A stretch of DNA of 64,000 bases from Cenococcum geophilum (lineage: Eukaryota), in assembly GCA_050273025.1 (NCBI GenBank), contig CP158635.1, forward strand, positions 28,892,001 through 28,956,000. The letters are read 5' to 3'. The notes beneath the pieces were generated by a model. The model was not told the origin of the DNA and did no database searches. It worked only from the letters and a program-made list of their open reading frames with translations. Below are positions 38,701 through 50,699 of this stretch, one piece after another; the stretch's first letter is position 1; every line of letters starts with the position of its first letter. A program made the translations under genes and the position numbers.

Positions 38701-40734
38701 CTTAGTCGTCTCTTATCTTATCTTAAGAATCTTAAGCCTTTAGCCTTTTGCCTTTATTAAGTGCTAAAGTGGTTTATTATCCTACTTCTCTTGCGTCTTA
38801 TAAAGTAATAGACATTATATCTAGCGGGGTCTTAATCCCTACTAATATTCCTTATTCTGTAGTGGAATTATCCTTTACCTCTAGTATAATATCTCTAATG
38901 GCTATGTATTCCCAGTAAACCACTTCTATTACCTTATTATTATAAAATGTTTCGCCTTTATTAAATTCATTATCTTTAATGTCCAATCTACGAACTGGTT
39001 TATTGGTTCCTTTACACTCCGCTAAGTATAGCTTCTATAGCTAATAGCTTACGCCGTACTTAGCGTCCTTATAAATTTGGTATACGTTATTATAATAAAA
39101 CGCGAAACTTCTAATTAAACACTCTTTTGTTCCTCGCAGTATATTATTATCCCTCTATACATATATATCGTCTACTAGTCTTATACCTTTTACTATATAG
39201 TGACTCTGCCCACTTCTATAGTTTCTAATATAATAACCTTATTTCCCGCAATTTATATAAGCTCCCTCTTTAAATCATTTTTCTTGCTGTGAAGTCCGCC
39301 TAAACGTCTTCTGCTACTAAGATCCCTAGTTTAGCCTCTGCTCCTTAGTTCTATAATTACTAGATCCTTAACCTCTAGGTTTTTATAGTTTTTTGCTCCA
39401 TCTTATATAGGCTTCTTTAGTACTACTTAAGTCCATTAGCTCTGCGCTATACTATAGTTTTTAACTTAGCTTTAGTTGTTACGTACTTTACGCCTTATAT
39501 AACTGTAGAACTCTATCCTAACCTCTTTTAGTCTATTCTCTTTAGTAGATCTAATTATTAATCTTAATCACCTAATCTATTAGTTCCCTTAGGGTGTCCG
39601 CATCTTCTATTAGAATAATTACATCCTAGACTTTAGCCTTAAGTCCCTATTTATACTGTGCTATAAGCGCCCTACTATTCTACTTAATTTACGTTACTAA
39701 TGTCTGGAACTACGTTATATATTTAATTGCTAAGGTTCATTGCGTAATGTCTTAAAGTTTTCTTTCCGCCGTAGTTACTGCCTCTAGGTCTCTAAATATT
39801 TGCGTAAATCTTTCTATAAATCTATTTTAGCTTAAGAACATAAACCATACCTTTTAGTTTATAGTTGTTATTCCATTTACTTGGATTTCTGTAAGGTAAG
39901 ACTTAAACTATTTAAGTGCTCTTCCTGTTAAGAACAATCCTGCGTACGCTATTTAATCTATAGGTGTTGCCAGCTTAGCTCCCTCTTATGCTACCTTAAA
40001 GTGCATCTACGTAAGGAATTCTTTAAGCTTTAATCTCTCTCCCAAGTATCTTTTAATTAATGGTAACTTAACCTTTGCTGCGCCTATCCCGTTAATCCTA
40101 TTTTTTAATATTATATTATTTTCTGTTAGCTAGTTAACTATCTCTTATAGTTATCCAACCGTTATAGGTTGCTATAAGTTAGTGTTTGCCATACTAGTGT
40201 CGTTACCTAATCCTAATATAGTTGCCGCCGTTAATGGCGTTGTGGTGGCTGCTTTTAGTGGCATATTGTTTAACTTCTTATATTAATACTGTAATTAGGT
40301 AGTGATTATATAACGGAACCTTGTAGCAAGAACTACGATAGGCTCGTTATTAGGCTAGATGTATAGGAAATGCAAGTATAAAAGTTAATAACGTGATAAT
40401 AACTGGTAGAGTGGTTGCCTAATTGATTAACTCTAATTGTATTCTGAGAATTACTATAAGGAAGGAACTATTTAGGTAGGGACTAAGGGTCCTTAAATAC
40501 ACAACCGTACTCCTATAAAATCCTTCTTATATATAATATACGTGTACTCTATCTACTCTATTACGGATCACCTAGATCCTACAGATTATATAGATTATGT
40601 TATGTGACCTTAGTTACCATTCCTCGTTATATAGCTCCACTGGTTCTATCCTGGACTATGCCTAAATTAACTAACTAGCTTCTTCCAACTCTTCCCTAAG
40701 TAGTTATAACATCGTACTTAAAGCGTCCGTAATA
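32765..40734 (-). mobile_element. Full-length Gypsy chromovirus D (~8 kb)
   Basis: 426-bp LTRs at 32765-33190 and 40309-40734, AGATA TSD, PPT next to 33191. Contains gag, protease, RT, RNaseH, integrase and a chromodomain (~33960-34110). Confidence 0.95.
33299..33960 (+). pseudogene. Antisense accessory ORF of Gypsy D: Zn2Cys6-like cluster + coiled coil, one intron
   Basis: De-RIPped C-x2-C-x6-C-x13-C-x2-C-x8-C. Probable intron at ~33528-33582, then W..I.....RLD(D)(E)L...LIRL(E)K...GL.EL. Confidence 0.7.
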
Positions 40735-42833
40735 AGATACCACAACCAATATAAGGCAAAATTATTTCTGGAAAATTAAGTTAACGCTACTGTAGGTATT
40801 TTAAAACAGGCTAGAAGAGATAGCTCTACGCCTATACTAATTTTCCAGCTCATTTTCACGGCAAGTATCTTTTAAGGGTAGACATTGTGGCATAAAGCGG
40901 TAGTATAAGTGTTAAAGACTAACAGCCGTAATAATTTAGTCCCGCTATTAGCCAGCTAGGCCTCTAGATTGCCCTAGGTAATGCTTATTATCCCTTAAAG
41001 TACTTTAAAGGGGCCTAAGGTAACCTTTATTTATAATATTTATGCTACTATTAAAGCGACCAAATACGGCAATAACTAGGTAGCTTTTATTCTTACCGAA
41101 AATTAGTAATTTAGGACGATAGCTACTAACGAGAAGATGTTAACTTTATACTACTAAGCTGATAAGACAATATTAAAGGCCCTTCTTCTCTCCAATAACA
41201 AGTTAAATTATTATAGTGCTCTCCTTCCCCTAAGGCTTTATATACTGCTTACGCTTAAACTCGCCTTAAATCTTCTACAGCTCTTATAGATATAGTAGCT
41301 TTAGAGTACGTAGTTAAAAGACACGATATATTTCCTGCTTCGGCCAACAGGCGGGCCTAGCAATGCCCCTTAAAATCAGCTATATATTAACTTTAGCCAG
41401 CCGCTTATATCTCTTATATTTAATAATAGTAGCATAAGCGCACTAACTTAGCAGAATATAGATCTAAAGGTAGTCCTTCTTAAGCTCGGAATCTTACTTT
41501 TAGAAATCTGGCATAGGACAACTTTAGAGACTTAATTTTCCTTAAAAGAGGCCCTAGGTGGATATTACGAGCAACTAGCATTAGCATTAAGGTAGCTTAA
41601 TAATATAAAGGATCTATTGCCGGAGCTATATAATAAGGCTACCTCCTATTATATCTAGGGAATAATTGGTGGCAAAACCCGCTTTCGGGAGTAGGAGGAC
41701 CTTAAATTTTAGGGTGCCGTATATAGAGATATAATTAAGCCACTATCAAAAAACTATAAGCAGTGGCGTTAATTATACCGTAAGGTGCCCTTTATAATAT
41801 GCCGATAGTGATATATATTCCCTAGTATGGCAGTTAAGTTCTTAAACCCCCAAATTGGTATCCTAAGCACTAGGTTAGGGAAATCGACATATTAGGAAAC
41901 CTAGGAGGGTCTTTAAGCTCGTTAAATATTTTCTTTAGATAATAAAGGATGAATTACTGTAAGAGACTATCAACCTATAAAACTTTAGAAGTCGCATTAG
42001 TTCTTAATTAAACGACTGACTTCTATAGCTCTAACTAATTAACTAAATACGTCGTAGATTAGACAAAGCTGACGACGACTTCTTAATGTATATCTAGAGG
42101 CTCTAGAGCTATGTTTAATAGCAGAGTTCTTATTCTTAATCGTCCTATTTAATAGAGACCCTAGAGACTTACTACTCCCTACCCCTACCCCTAAAATAAA
42201 AATTGCAGAGATAAGGGATTAAGGTAGTCTATAAAGTACCAAGAACTGATTTTATCTTATTGTGTAATTATCCATCACCTTAGTAAGGAAATCTATGTTT
42301 GTAAGTATACCGTAGATATAAAATACTCTCCTTATCTTAAAGTTCATATTTAAAATGCCGAATACTTAAAGTCTTTAAATCCCCTTTGATTATTTAAAGA
42401 AGACTTAATATCTAGTACATTTTATATTGTCGACCGAGTGGCGATCGCCAGCCTCGTCGTCAGACTTGCTTATTAATTGCTTACTAAGACAGTATAGAAT
42501 TTAAAGTTCTATAGAAAATCCGCTATGGCTTCGCCTAGTAGTAGTACATTGCCCACTAAGCTCCTCTACTATTAATCAATGGTAGTATAAGCTTGTTCGC
42601 GTAGCTCGGAGTTAGTTTATAAGGCAGACGCGGTAGTGGCAGCGTGTATATTGCGATATTGGCGTGGTGTTGGAAAACAAGCCCGCAACGATATCGCGTG
42701 ATGAGACTTGGAAAAAACACCAATCTTTGCGAAAACGAAATTTTTGAAATAACTCCACAACCACAACGCCTAGCGTCCTAAATCAAGCTGCATACTTCTC
42801 GCAAGCCCTCTGGCTATCATACGATACCCAGAA

Positions 42834-45800
42834 ATGGCCGAAAAGAAGGGTCGTTGGCCTGAAGTGGGACGCGTCGACCTAAACCACAACGCGCACGGTC
42901 AAAACATCATGGTTAAAATCGCCAAAATCCTCGAATTCGGCGCTCCGCCGCACAAAAAATTGGATAGGAAGGCCCTCCCGTACAGGGTATACAAGCCCTT
43001 CTTTAATTCGGCGTTAAAATACATTAAAACTGCCCTTAAACAGCCCTCAGGAAAGAAACTAAAAGAGACCCTTATACGTCTTAAACGCTAAATAGAAGCT
43101 ATAAAGAACGTAATAGATCACATTAAATACAACTAAGAGATAGCTATACCCCCTACCACACAAAGTAGAAGCCTATAGTTAGCCGTTTAAAGCTAGGCAA
43201 ACGTCGCTGCAGCCGCACTACTGCCCCCGTCCGTATAGTCCCGCCTCTTACCTAGCGTTGCTCCAACGCTAGTAGCACCGGAATACTAATATATAGTTAT
43301 TAAATTTAGTAAAAAGGCAGACGCGGAGCTTCTTTAAATACTTAGAGAGCCTTATAAAAACATTTAGAAAAAACTAAATAACGCGTTATTTAAATTAGGA
43401 AACGCTCTTATAAACAAGGTATAGATTACCGCGTTACGAATCCTTAGGTCAAGAGATGTTATTATTTTTATAGAAACACTAGCGTAGGCGGACAATATAC
43501 GTAAACACGGAGATAAATAGGAAAAGACCCTAGGGAGAAGCGCTTAGATAATTAAGCTTATATACGGAGTAGTTACATATAGCGTACCTATACATTTAGT
43601 TAATAATATAGAGAAGGAGGCCATTATTAGGAAATTTAAGCTAGAAAATTGGAGAGTACTTAGTAGTTATAGGATTGTTAGCTAAAGGTAGCTTAGGCCC
43701 CTAAAGGAAAAGCAAAGAAATACCTCTTTAGTGCTAGAATTTAAGACTATACTAGGTATAAATACCGCAATATATTACGGCACTAGCAGAACTTGGCAAA
43801 ACTATACACCGGCAAGTTGCCACAGATGGCCGTATATTGCGGTCACGTCACGCGAAGATCTTATAAAACATTGAACGGCGCTGCTCTTTTTCTCCTTTCC
43901 TTTCCTTAGCTTTAGATTCTTGTTTATAGACAATCCAATCGTATAGGCTTACGCGTCCCTTTTACTATGCCTATACCTTAATTAACTAAGTCGCTAATAT
44001 TATCTAAAGCTTACTCTACTCTTTCTTCCTAAGAAGGAACTTAAATATATCTATAAGAATATAGAATAGGACCCTAAGGATATTACTAAGACTATAAGGA
44101 CAGGACCTAAAAGAATAAAATAGAACTCTAAGAAAAGAACCTATAAGATATAAATAGACCAGAACCCCTAAAGAAATTACCTGGAATTACCTAATACCTT
44201 TACTACTATGCTATAAAATATAGTAGTAGGTAAAGCAGCTATAGAACCCTTAAATACTTTAGATAAAGAAATAATTAATATTTTAACCCCCTAGGCGGAG
44301 CTTACGGCTACTAATACTAAAATTAAATAACTACGAGAGCTGCTTAAAGCTAGAGATACCCCTATATCTAATAATAAGTCATTATTAGATAACTAAAGAC
44401 TTGCTATAGTCCTTTAGGCCCTATTTTAGCGCCTTAGTAAATCTACTAAGACCTATATAGCACTAAAGCGGTTAGTAAAGGTTATAGATTCCCTACTACT
44501 TATAGACGGAACTAACCCTATATTTAATAATTAGAAGCTTTAATTACGGGATAAGCTTAAAGTTAATATAGACTACTTCCCTAGCGCCTAAGCTAAAATA
44601 GCTTATATCTTTAGCCGTACTAGCAGAGCCGCCTAGATGTATTTACGCCTATAATATACTAAAGACTTAATAAACCCCTTTATCTCTAAAGAAGAAATAA
44701 TTAAATACTTATCTTCTATTTATAAAGACCCTTTTAAAGTATAAAACGCCTGCCTTAGCTATAAAAGCCTAAATATAAAAATAATAGAGACCATTTTAGC
44801 CTTCTAAACTCGCTTTTTATACCTAGCCGGATAGGCCTAGATCCCCTAAAAAGACCTACTACTAAACCTCTTTAATAAGCTTACCCTAAACCTATAGCGG
44901 GTTATATTACTAGCTTATACTACGGTATAGATATTAAAGGAACTTATAAACTATTACCTAGCTATTAACTAAGGCCTCTATTAAATTAAGGTACGCGCTA
45001 ATTAGCTAAAAACTAGAAACCTTATAAACCAGGCTATAAGTACTATAAGTATAGCCTATAGTGCCCTAGCATAATTGGCAACTCTTATAGTTAACCTAGT
45101 AGCTAGCTGCGTAGCTACCCCTACTACGGGCCTAGTATACACCCGGCCTATATATAGCGACCCCTATATATAGGCCCTTAGCAATTAAAAAGCTTACTTC
45201 TTATACGGTTAAATAGGCTACCCTATAAGGAACTACCTAATAAAAGTAAAGATAAATAAGGTCCTATTAATTTAGGAAGATAGTATAAAGCTAAAAAAAG
45301 AGAAACCCTAAAAGAAGACTTCTCTCTAGGGTTAAAAGGGATTAATATATTATATATTAATTTAGGTTAGCTAGTTAATAAAAGAAGCTACACTATCCCT
45401 TATACTTTATTCCGTAATAGATATTAAGTTTTAACCTTTACTTTAGCTAACTTAGGAGCAAATACCTTTACCTTAATTAATATAAAGTGCGCTGTAAAAC
45501 TAGCTAACTTTTTAAATATACCCCTTAAAGAACTGTCTAAACTAATCCCTATTTATGGCTATAATGGATAAATAGGGCTACCTATTATAACTATCTTATA
45601 GATTTACCTCCGCGTTAATAAATAAAGGTAGTATAATATCCCCTTTCTTATTATAGACCTTAGAAGCTATAATATAATCTTAAGAAGAAAATAGCTAGCC
45701 TATTTAGGCTTATAGCTTAATATACAAAATAGGCAGCTTATCTAGCCTAAAACTATACCCCTAACGCCTTCCTTTATAAAAGAGATTAGTATTATAATAG

Positions 45801-48800
45801 AAAACCTTATACGGCCGTAGATAAACACTGTTTATTAGGCTAATATAATATATAGGGGCCAGGCTTTTAAGAAGGATATACAGCTTAATCCGCAATAGAT
45901 CTATATACTACGCTACCCTATACCGTAAAATACGGCCTAATAAATATCTATAAAGAAACCTACGGACTTCCTACTAGTTAATATCTACTATATTAGCGCT
46001 ATAGGATTCTACTAGAACCTAATTTAGCTTAATACTGTTGCCTTTATAACTAGCTTATACAAAATTAATTAAATAATTAAAGAGAAAGAAGCTCTAGCCT
46101 AAGGAAAAAGTGAGCTTATAGATAAAAAGCTAGTAGAATAGAAACTACCCTACTAATACTAGAAATTTAAAGATACCTTCTTTAAAGCAGCGTCTAATAT
46201 ACTTCCGCCTTACCGACCATATAATTATAAAATTGAAATTAAGCCAGATAAGGTAGTTATCCTTAGCTATAACCCCCTCTAATAGTAATCTATTACTAAA
46301 TTATAGGCCATAAAGTAGTATTTTATTAATAACCTAGATAAGGGCTTTATTAAGCCTAATTAAGCCCTTTTTAACTTACCTATTCTCTTACTAAAAAGCT
46401 AAATAAAGAACTTTGTTTCTGTATTGACTACTATAAGCTTAATAATTTAACCCTTAAAAACCGCTACCCACTACCTTTACTTAATAAGACTTTAGCCTAA
46501 AAAAGTAAAGCTAAGATCTTTATAAAGCTTAATATCCGCTAGGCTTTTTACCGAATTAAAATAGACCCTAAATTAGAAGACCTTACTATATTTTAGACCT
46601 ATTACGGAACGTATAAATATAAAGTACTGCTTTTTAGACTAACTAACGGACCGGCTATATACTAACGATACATAAATAATATACTATTTAACTACCTTAA
46701 TAACTTCTGTATAGCATACCTAGATAATATTATAATCTACTCTAAAAATAAATTGGAATATAAAGAGTATGTCTATAAAGTCCTATAACGGCTTTAAAAA
46801 GCTGGCCTTTAAGCCAATATTAAGAAGTTAGAATTTAGTATTAAGCATATAAAATACCTAGGGTTTATTATTAGTATAAACGGAATTAAGGCAGACCTAG
46901 AAAAGACGGCCGTAATTAACTAATAGGTACCCCTAAGGACCGTAAAGGGGGTATAGTTATTTTTAGGGTTCTGTAACTTCTACTAATACTTTATTAAGAA
47001 CTATAATAGAATTACCTGGCTACTAAGCCTACTTACCTATAAGGACTAGCCCTTTCACTTTAATACCGTATATAGGTAGGCCTTTAATAAGCTTAAGAAA
47101 CGACTGGTCTCTACTCCCTTACTTACCCACTTTAACCTAAAATGGCCCTTAATGCTAAAAACTAATACCTTAGATAGTATTACAGCCAGCATTTACTCCT
47201 AAAAGTAGATAGATAAAGAATGGCACCCTATTGCTTACTATTTAAAGATAATAGTAGATACTAAGCTAAACTACCTAATTTACGACAAAGAAATGCTAGC
47301 TATTATCTCTAGTTTTTAGCACTAGCGAGCCTAACTAGAAGGCACCCCTAAGTCTATTTAGGTAGTTTCTAATTATAAGGCCTTAGAATATTTTATAATA
47401 ATAAAGGCCCTTATAGCCTAATAGGCGTGCTAGGCGGATACCCTATCTTAGTTTAACTTCCTAATTATATATAGACTAGGCGCTACTAACTATACGGACG
47501 CTTTTATAAAGCGTAAATAGAATATAAATAACTAGATAGCTATAAAGATCTTATTATAGACCTAAGCGCTACTATAACTAGAGTACCTTAACTTTTAAAT
47601 ACGGGCAGAACTAAATATAGACTCTTTAAATACTAAGATATGCCCTATTAACTCTATAGAACTAGACCTTATTAATAAACTACTACAGGTAAACTGTACG
47701 GCCCCTTCTCTATAAAAGTACTATAAAAAGGCAAAGAATGTTTCTAGCCTATAGTCCCTTAAAAGTAGACTGCTTAAGCACCGTAAACGGCTAGTAGTAG
47801 TAGAGGAACAGAACTTACAGACTCGGCTTATTACCGAAGCACATGCCTAGGTCTCTACGGCCTACCCTAAAAAAAAAAACCTGTAGGATTATTAGCAACC
47901 GCTACTACTAGTCCAAAATAATTATAAATATTAACCACTATATACGGAACTGCAATAACTACTATAGGTCTATAATTCTATAAGATAAAACCCTAAAACT
48001 ATTAGGACTCCTCCTAATACCTAACCGCCTCTAATAATATATCCCTATAGACTTTTATAAGCTACCTCTAGACTATAACAAATATAATATAGTTATAATC
48101 CTAGTTAACTACTTCGGCAAACGCCCGTTCTTAATTCCCTATTATAAAAATATTAATGCTAAAGAGGCGGCCTAACTATATATTTACTACGTCTACTAAA
48201 TTTATAAACCACTAGATACTATTATATTTAACTATAAGCCGTAGTTTATATTAGCCTTTTAGAATAAGTTCACCTAGATCCTAGGCATTAAGCTAAAGCT
48301 TTTTACGGTATATTACCCCCAGATAGACGGTTAAACGGAGATTATAAATTAATACTTAGACTAAAGACTCTAGCCTTTTATTAACTACTTCTAAAATAAC
48401 TCTTAGTAAACTATACCTAAGCTACCCTACCCCATAACTCTACCGGATTTGCCCCTATTTAACTAGAAATAGGTTACCTACCCTATATAAGCTTTTACTG
48501 GGAAAGACTAAAAGGGCCCTAAACTATACGCGAAAAACTATCTTATAAGGAAGCCTAGCAGTACGCTAAGCGCTTAAAAAAAGCCTAAAAAGTAGCCCGT
48601 ACAAACTTAAAAAGGCTTAAAAATTAATAGAATAGTAGGCAAATAAGCATAGGCGCGAGCCTAACTTTACTATAGGCGATATAGTCTAGGTTATAATAAA
48701 GAACTAAAAGATAGAACGGCCTAGCCGTAAGCTAGACTATAAGATAGTAGGACTATATAAGATTCTTAATAAAGTAGGCAATTCGTATAAGGTTAAGCTC

Positions 48801-50000
48801 CTAGACTTAATTAAAATTCACCCTATTTTCTTACTGAATAAGCTACAGAAAGCTATAAATAACCTACTACCCAAATAAAAGAATAAACCTCTCCTACTAA
48901 TTTAAGTTAACGACAATAATAAATAGGAAATTAAAGAAATACTAGCCTGTAAACTTATAAAGGGAATATTAAAGTATTATATTAGTTAAAAAGGATATAA
49001 CTTAAACCCTACTTAGTACCCTGTATAGAACTTTATAGGTAGCCCCTATAAGCTTTAAAAGTTCTATAGCTATTACCCTAATAAACCTAGACCGCTAAAG
49101 TACCTAGATAAGTGGATAGAATGCTAGTATAATAAAGATAATAAGCTACTAGAAGAATATAAGGACAAAAACGCCCTAGAAATTTCTTAGTTATATAAGG
49201 TCTTAAGATATATAGGAACTTTAACCGGCAGTTAAAGTTATCTAATTAGTTAGATTCTCTTACTAAGACTTTTAGCAGTAAAGCCTAAGGCCAGGCTTTT
49301 TTTAGAGGGGGGGTAATGTTATAGTACTGGCAGAACTTAGTAGAACTACGCACCGGCAAGTTGCCATAGATAGCCGTATATTGCGGTTACGTAACATAAA
49401 GATCTTATAAAATATTAAACGGCGTTACTCTTCTTCTCCTTTCCTTTCCCTAGCTTTAGATTCTCGTTTATAGATAATCCAATTATATAGGCTTGCGCGT
49501 CCCTTTTACTATATCCATGCCTTAATTAACTAAGTCGCTAATATAATATACGCGGAGGTTCTCTGCTAGGATAGCACCTATAAGAGAACTAAAAGGTTTA
49601 ATAAAGCCTACCTAGTAAAGCGATATTTTAAATGCTACTATTATAGATATATAGAAACCTAATATCGCAAATAAAAAATATGCAGAAGATGCTCCGCTTA
49701 AGATTATAATATAAAAGAATATAAGGCTAACCAGTAAAAGTGTACCCTCTACTAAGGGAAGTATAACTCCTGGTTATTAACCTGTCCTAAATATAAAAAG
49801 GAGATAGCTTATATAGAGGAGGCGAAAGTTAGACTCTGTGTAAACCTATACTAGCCTAAAAACCTAGTATATATTATACTAGGGCCATTAAAAATAGGGA
49901 GTTAAATTAGTAGCCAGCTAAGCTCTCTACCCCTATTAGTAATACTAAATATAGTAAATAGTATAACTAAAATGAGATTAATGGAAGTAGACGGAATATA
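42834..50000 (+). pseudogene. LINE ORF1 (gag-like, three CCHC knuckles): 42834-43772 + 49549-50000
   Basis: ATG at 42834 (track ORF). (S)(W)ANVAA and I(R).TYGVV.(H)(G)VP motifs, knuckles at 49620-49790. Confidence 0.85.
43773..49543 (+). mobile_element. Gypsy chromovirus family C, copy 2, with both LTRs
   Basis: 227-bp LTRs at 43773-43999 and 49317-49543, TSD CAATA/TAATA, G-rich PPT near 49304-49313, chromodomain at ~48920-49100. Confidence 0.95.
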
Positions 50001-50699
50001 AAGACAGAAGAGACTAGTAGAGGGCTCTATCCCTTGGCCCGTCAATTTGCATCTAACGGTTATCGATAAGAACCAACCAATTAATTATATTATATTTAAC
50101 GCCCGTACTAAGAAATATAAAGCTTTTAATTTATAGTAATTTAATATATACGCCTAATTTTAGAAGTTAAGTCGCTCGATATAAGGCTAATAGCACTTAT
50201 CCTTCCTGCAGAATCGAATTTTGTATTATAGTAGGTAATTAATTAATAGAATCTATATAGGTGCACGCGTTGTTTTAAAACTAGTGTTCGTGCACAAACC
50301 ACTTACTCGTTGGACGCTGACGGGTTAAGGGATAGGAAGCCTAATAGGAAGAATAATATAAGAAAGAGAAGTAAGTAGGATAGTAAGCGCTAAGAGCCTA
50401 TAAAAAGACGTATTACTGATTTGTCCTAAGCTAAGTAAACGTATTACTATTAAACTAAAGTTTAGTAAAAAGAAGGGCAAAGTAAAAATAAAAAAAGATA
50501 TAATATTTAGCTATAGCCGCAGCTAAAGCAAATAACAAAGCTAAATATAGGAGGAGATAATTAAGATTAAAATAAATAAATAGGCTAATATTAAGAATAA
50601 CAGCTTAAATCTTAGCTAAAGCTCTTAAAGCTCCTAGTACTTTATTAAGAGCTAAGGCGAAGCTTATATACTATAGATAAATATCTTAGGTCGTTTCTA

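Larger units (their letters stand above)
32011..41772 (+). pseudogene. RIPped gene with a HeLo-like amphipathic N-terminus and a C-terminal kinase-like (DUF7580-type) domain, split by Gypsy D (32011-32764 + 40740-41772)
   Basis: (M)(S)(G)L(E)V.GVLL(G)VL(P)ILF at the start. The frame reads across the insertion (AI...(W)...(C)H.Q(H)(E)AKLFLE). C-terminal motifs L(A)LKLA(S)NLLQL...(W)L...(W)(S)KD..YF and LL(E)LGILLLEIWH, stop at 41772. Confidence 0.72.

Noticed and set aside
41773..42420. Possible gene or element between the kinase-like gene and the LINE
   Set aside because: No recognisable motifs, termini or repeats, so left unannotated.
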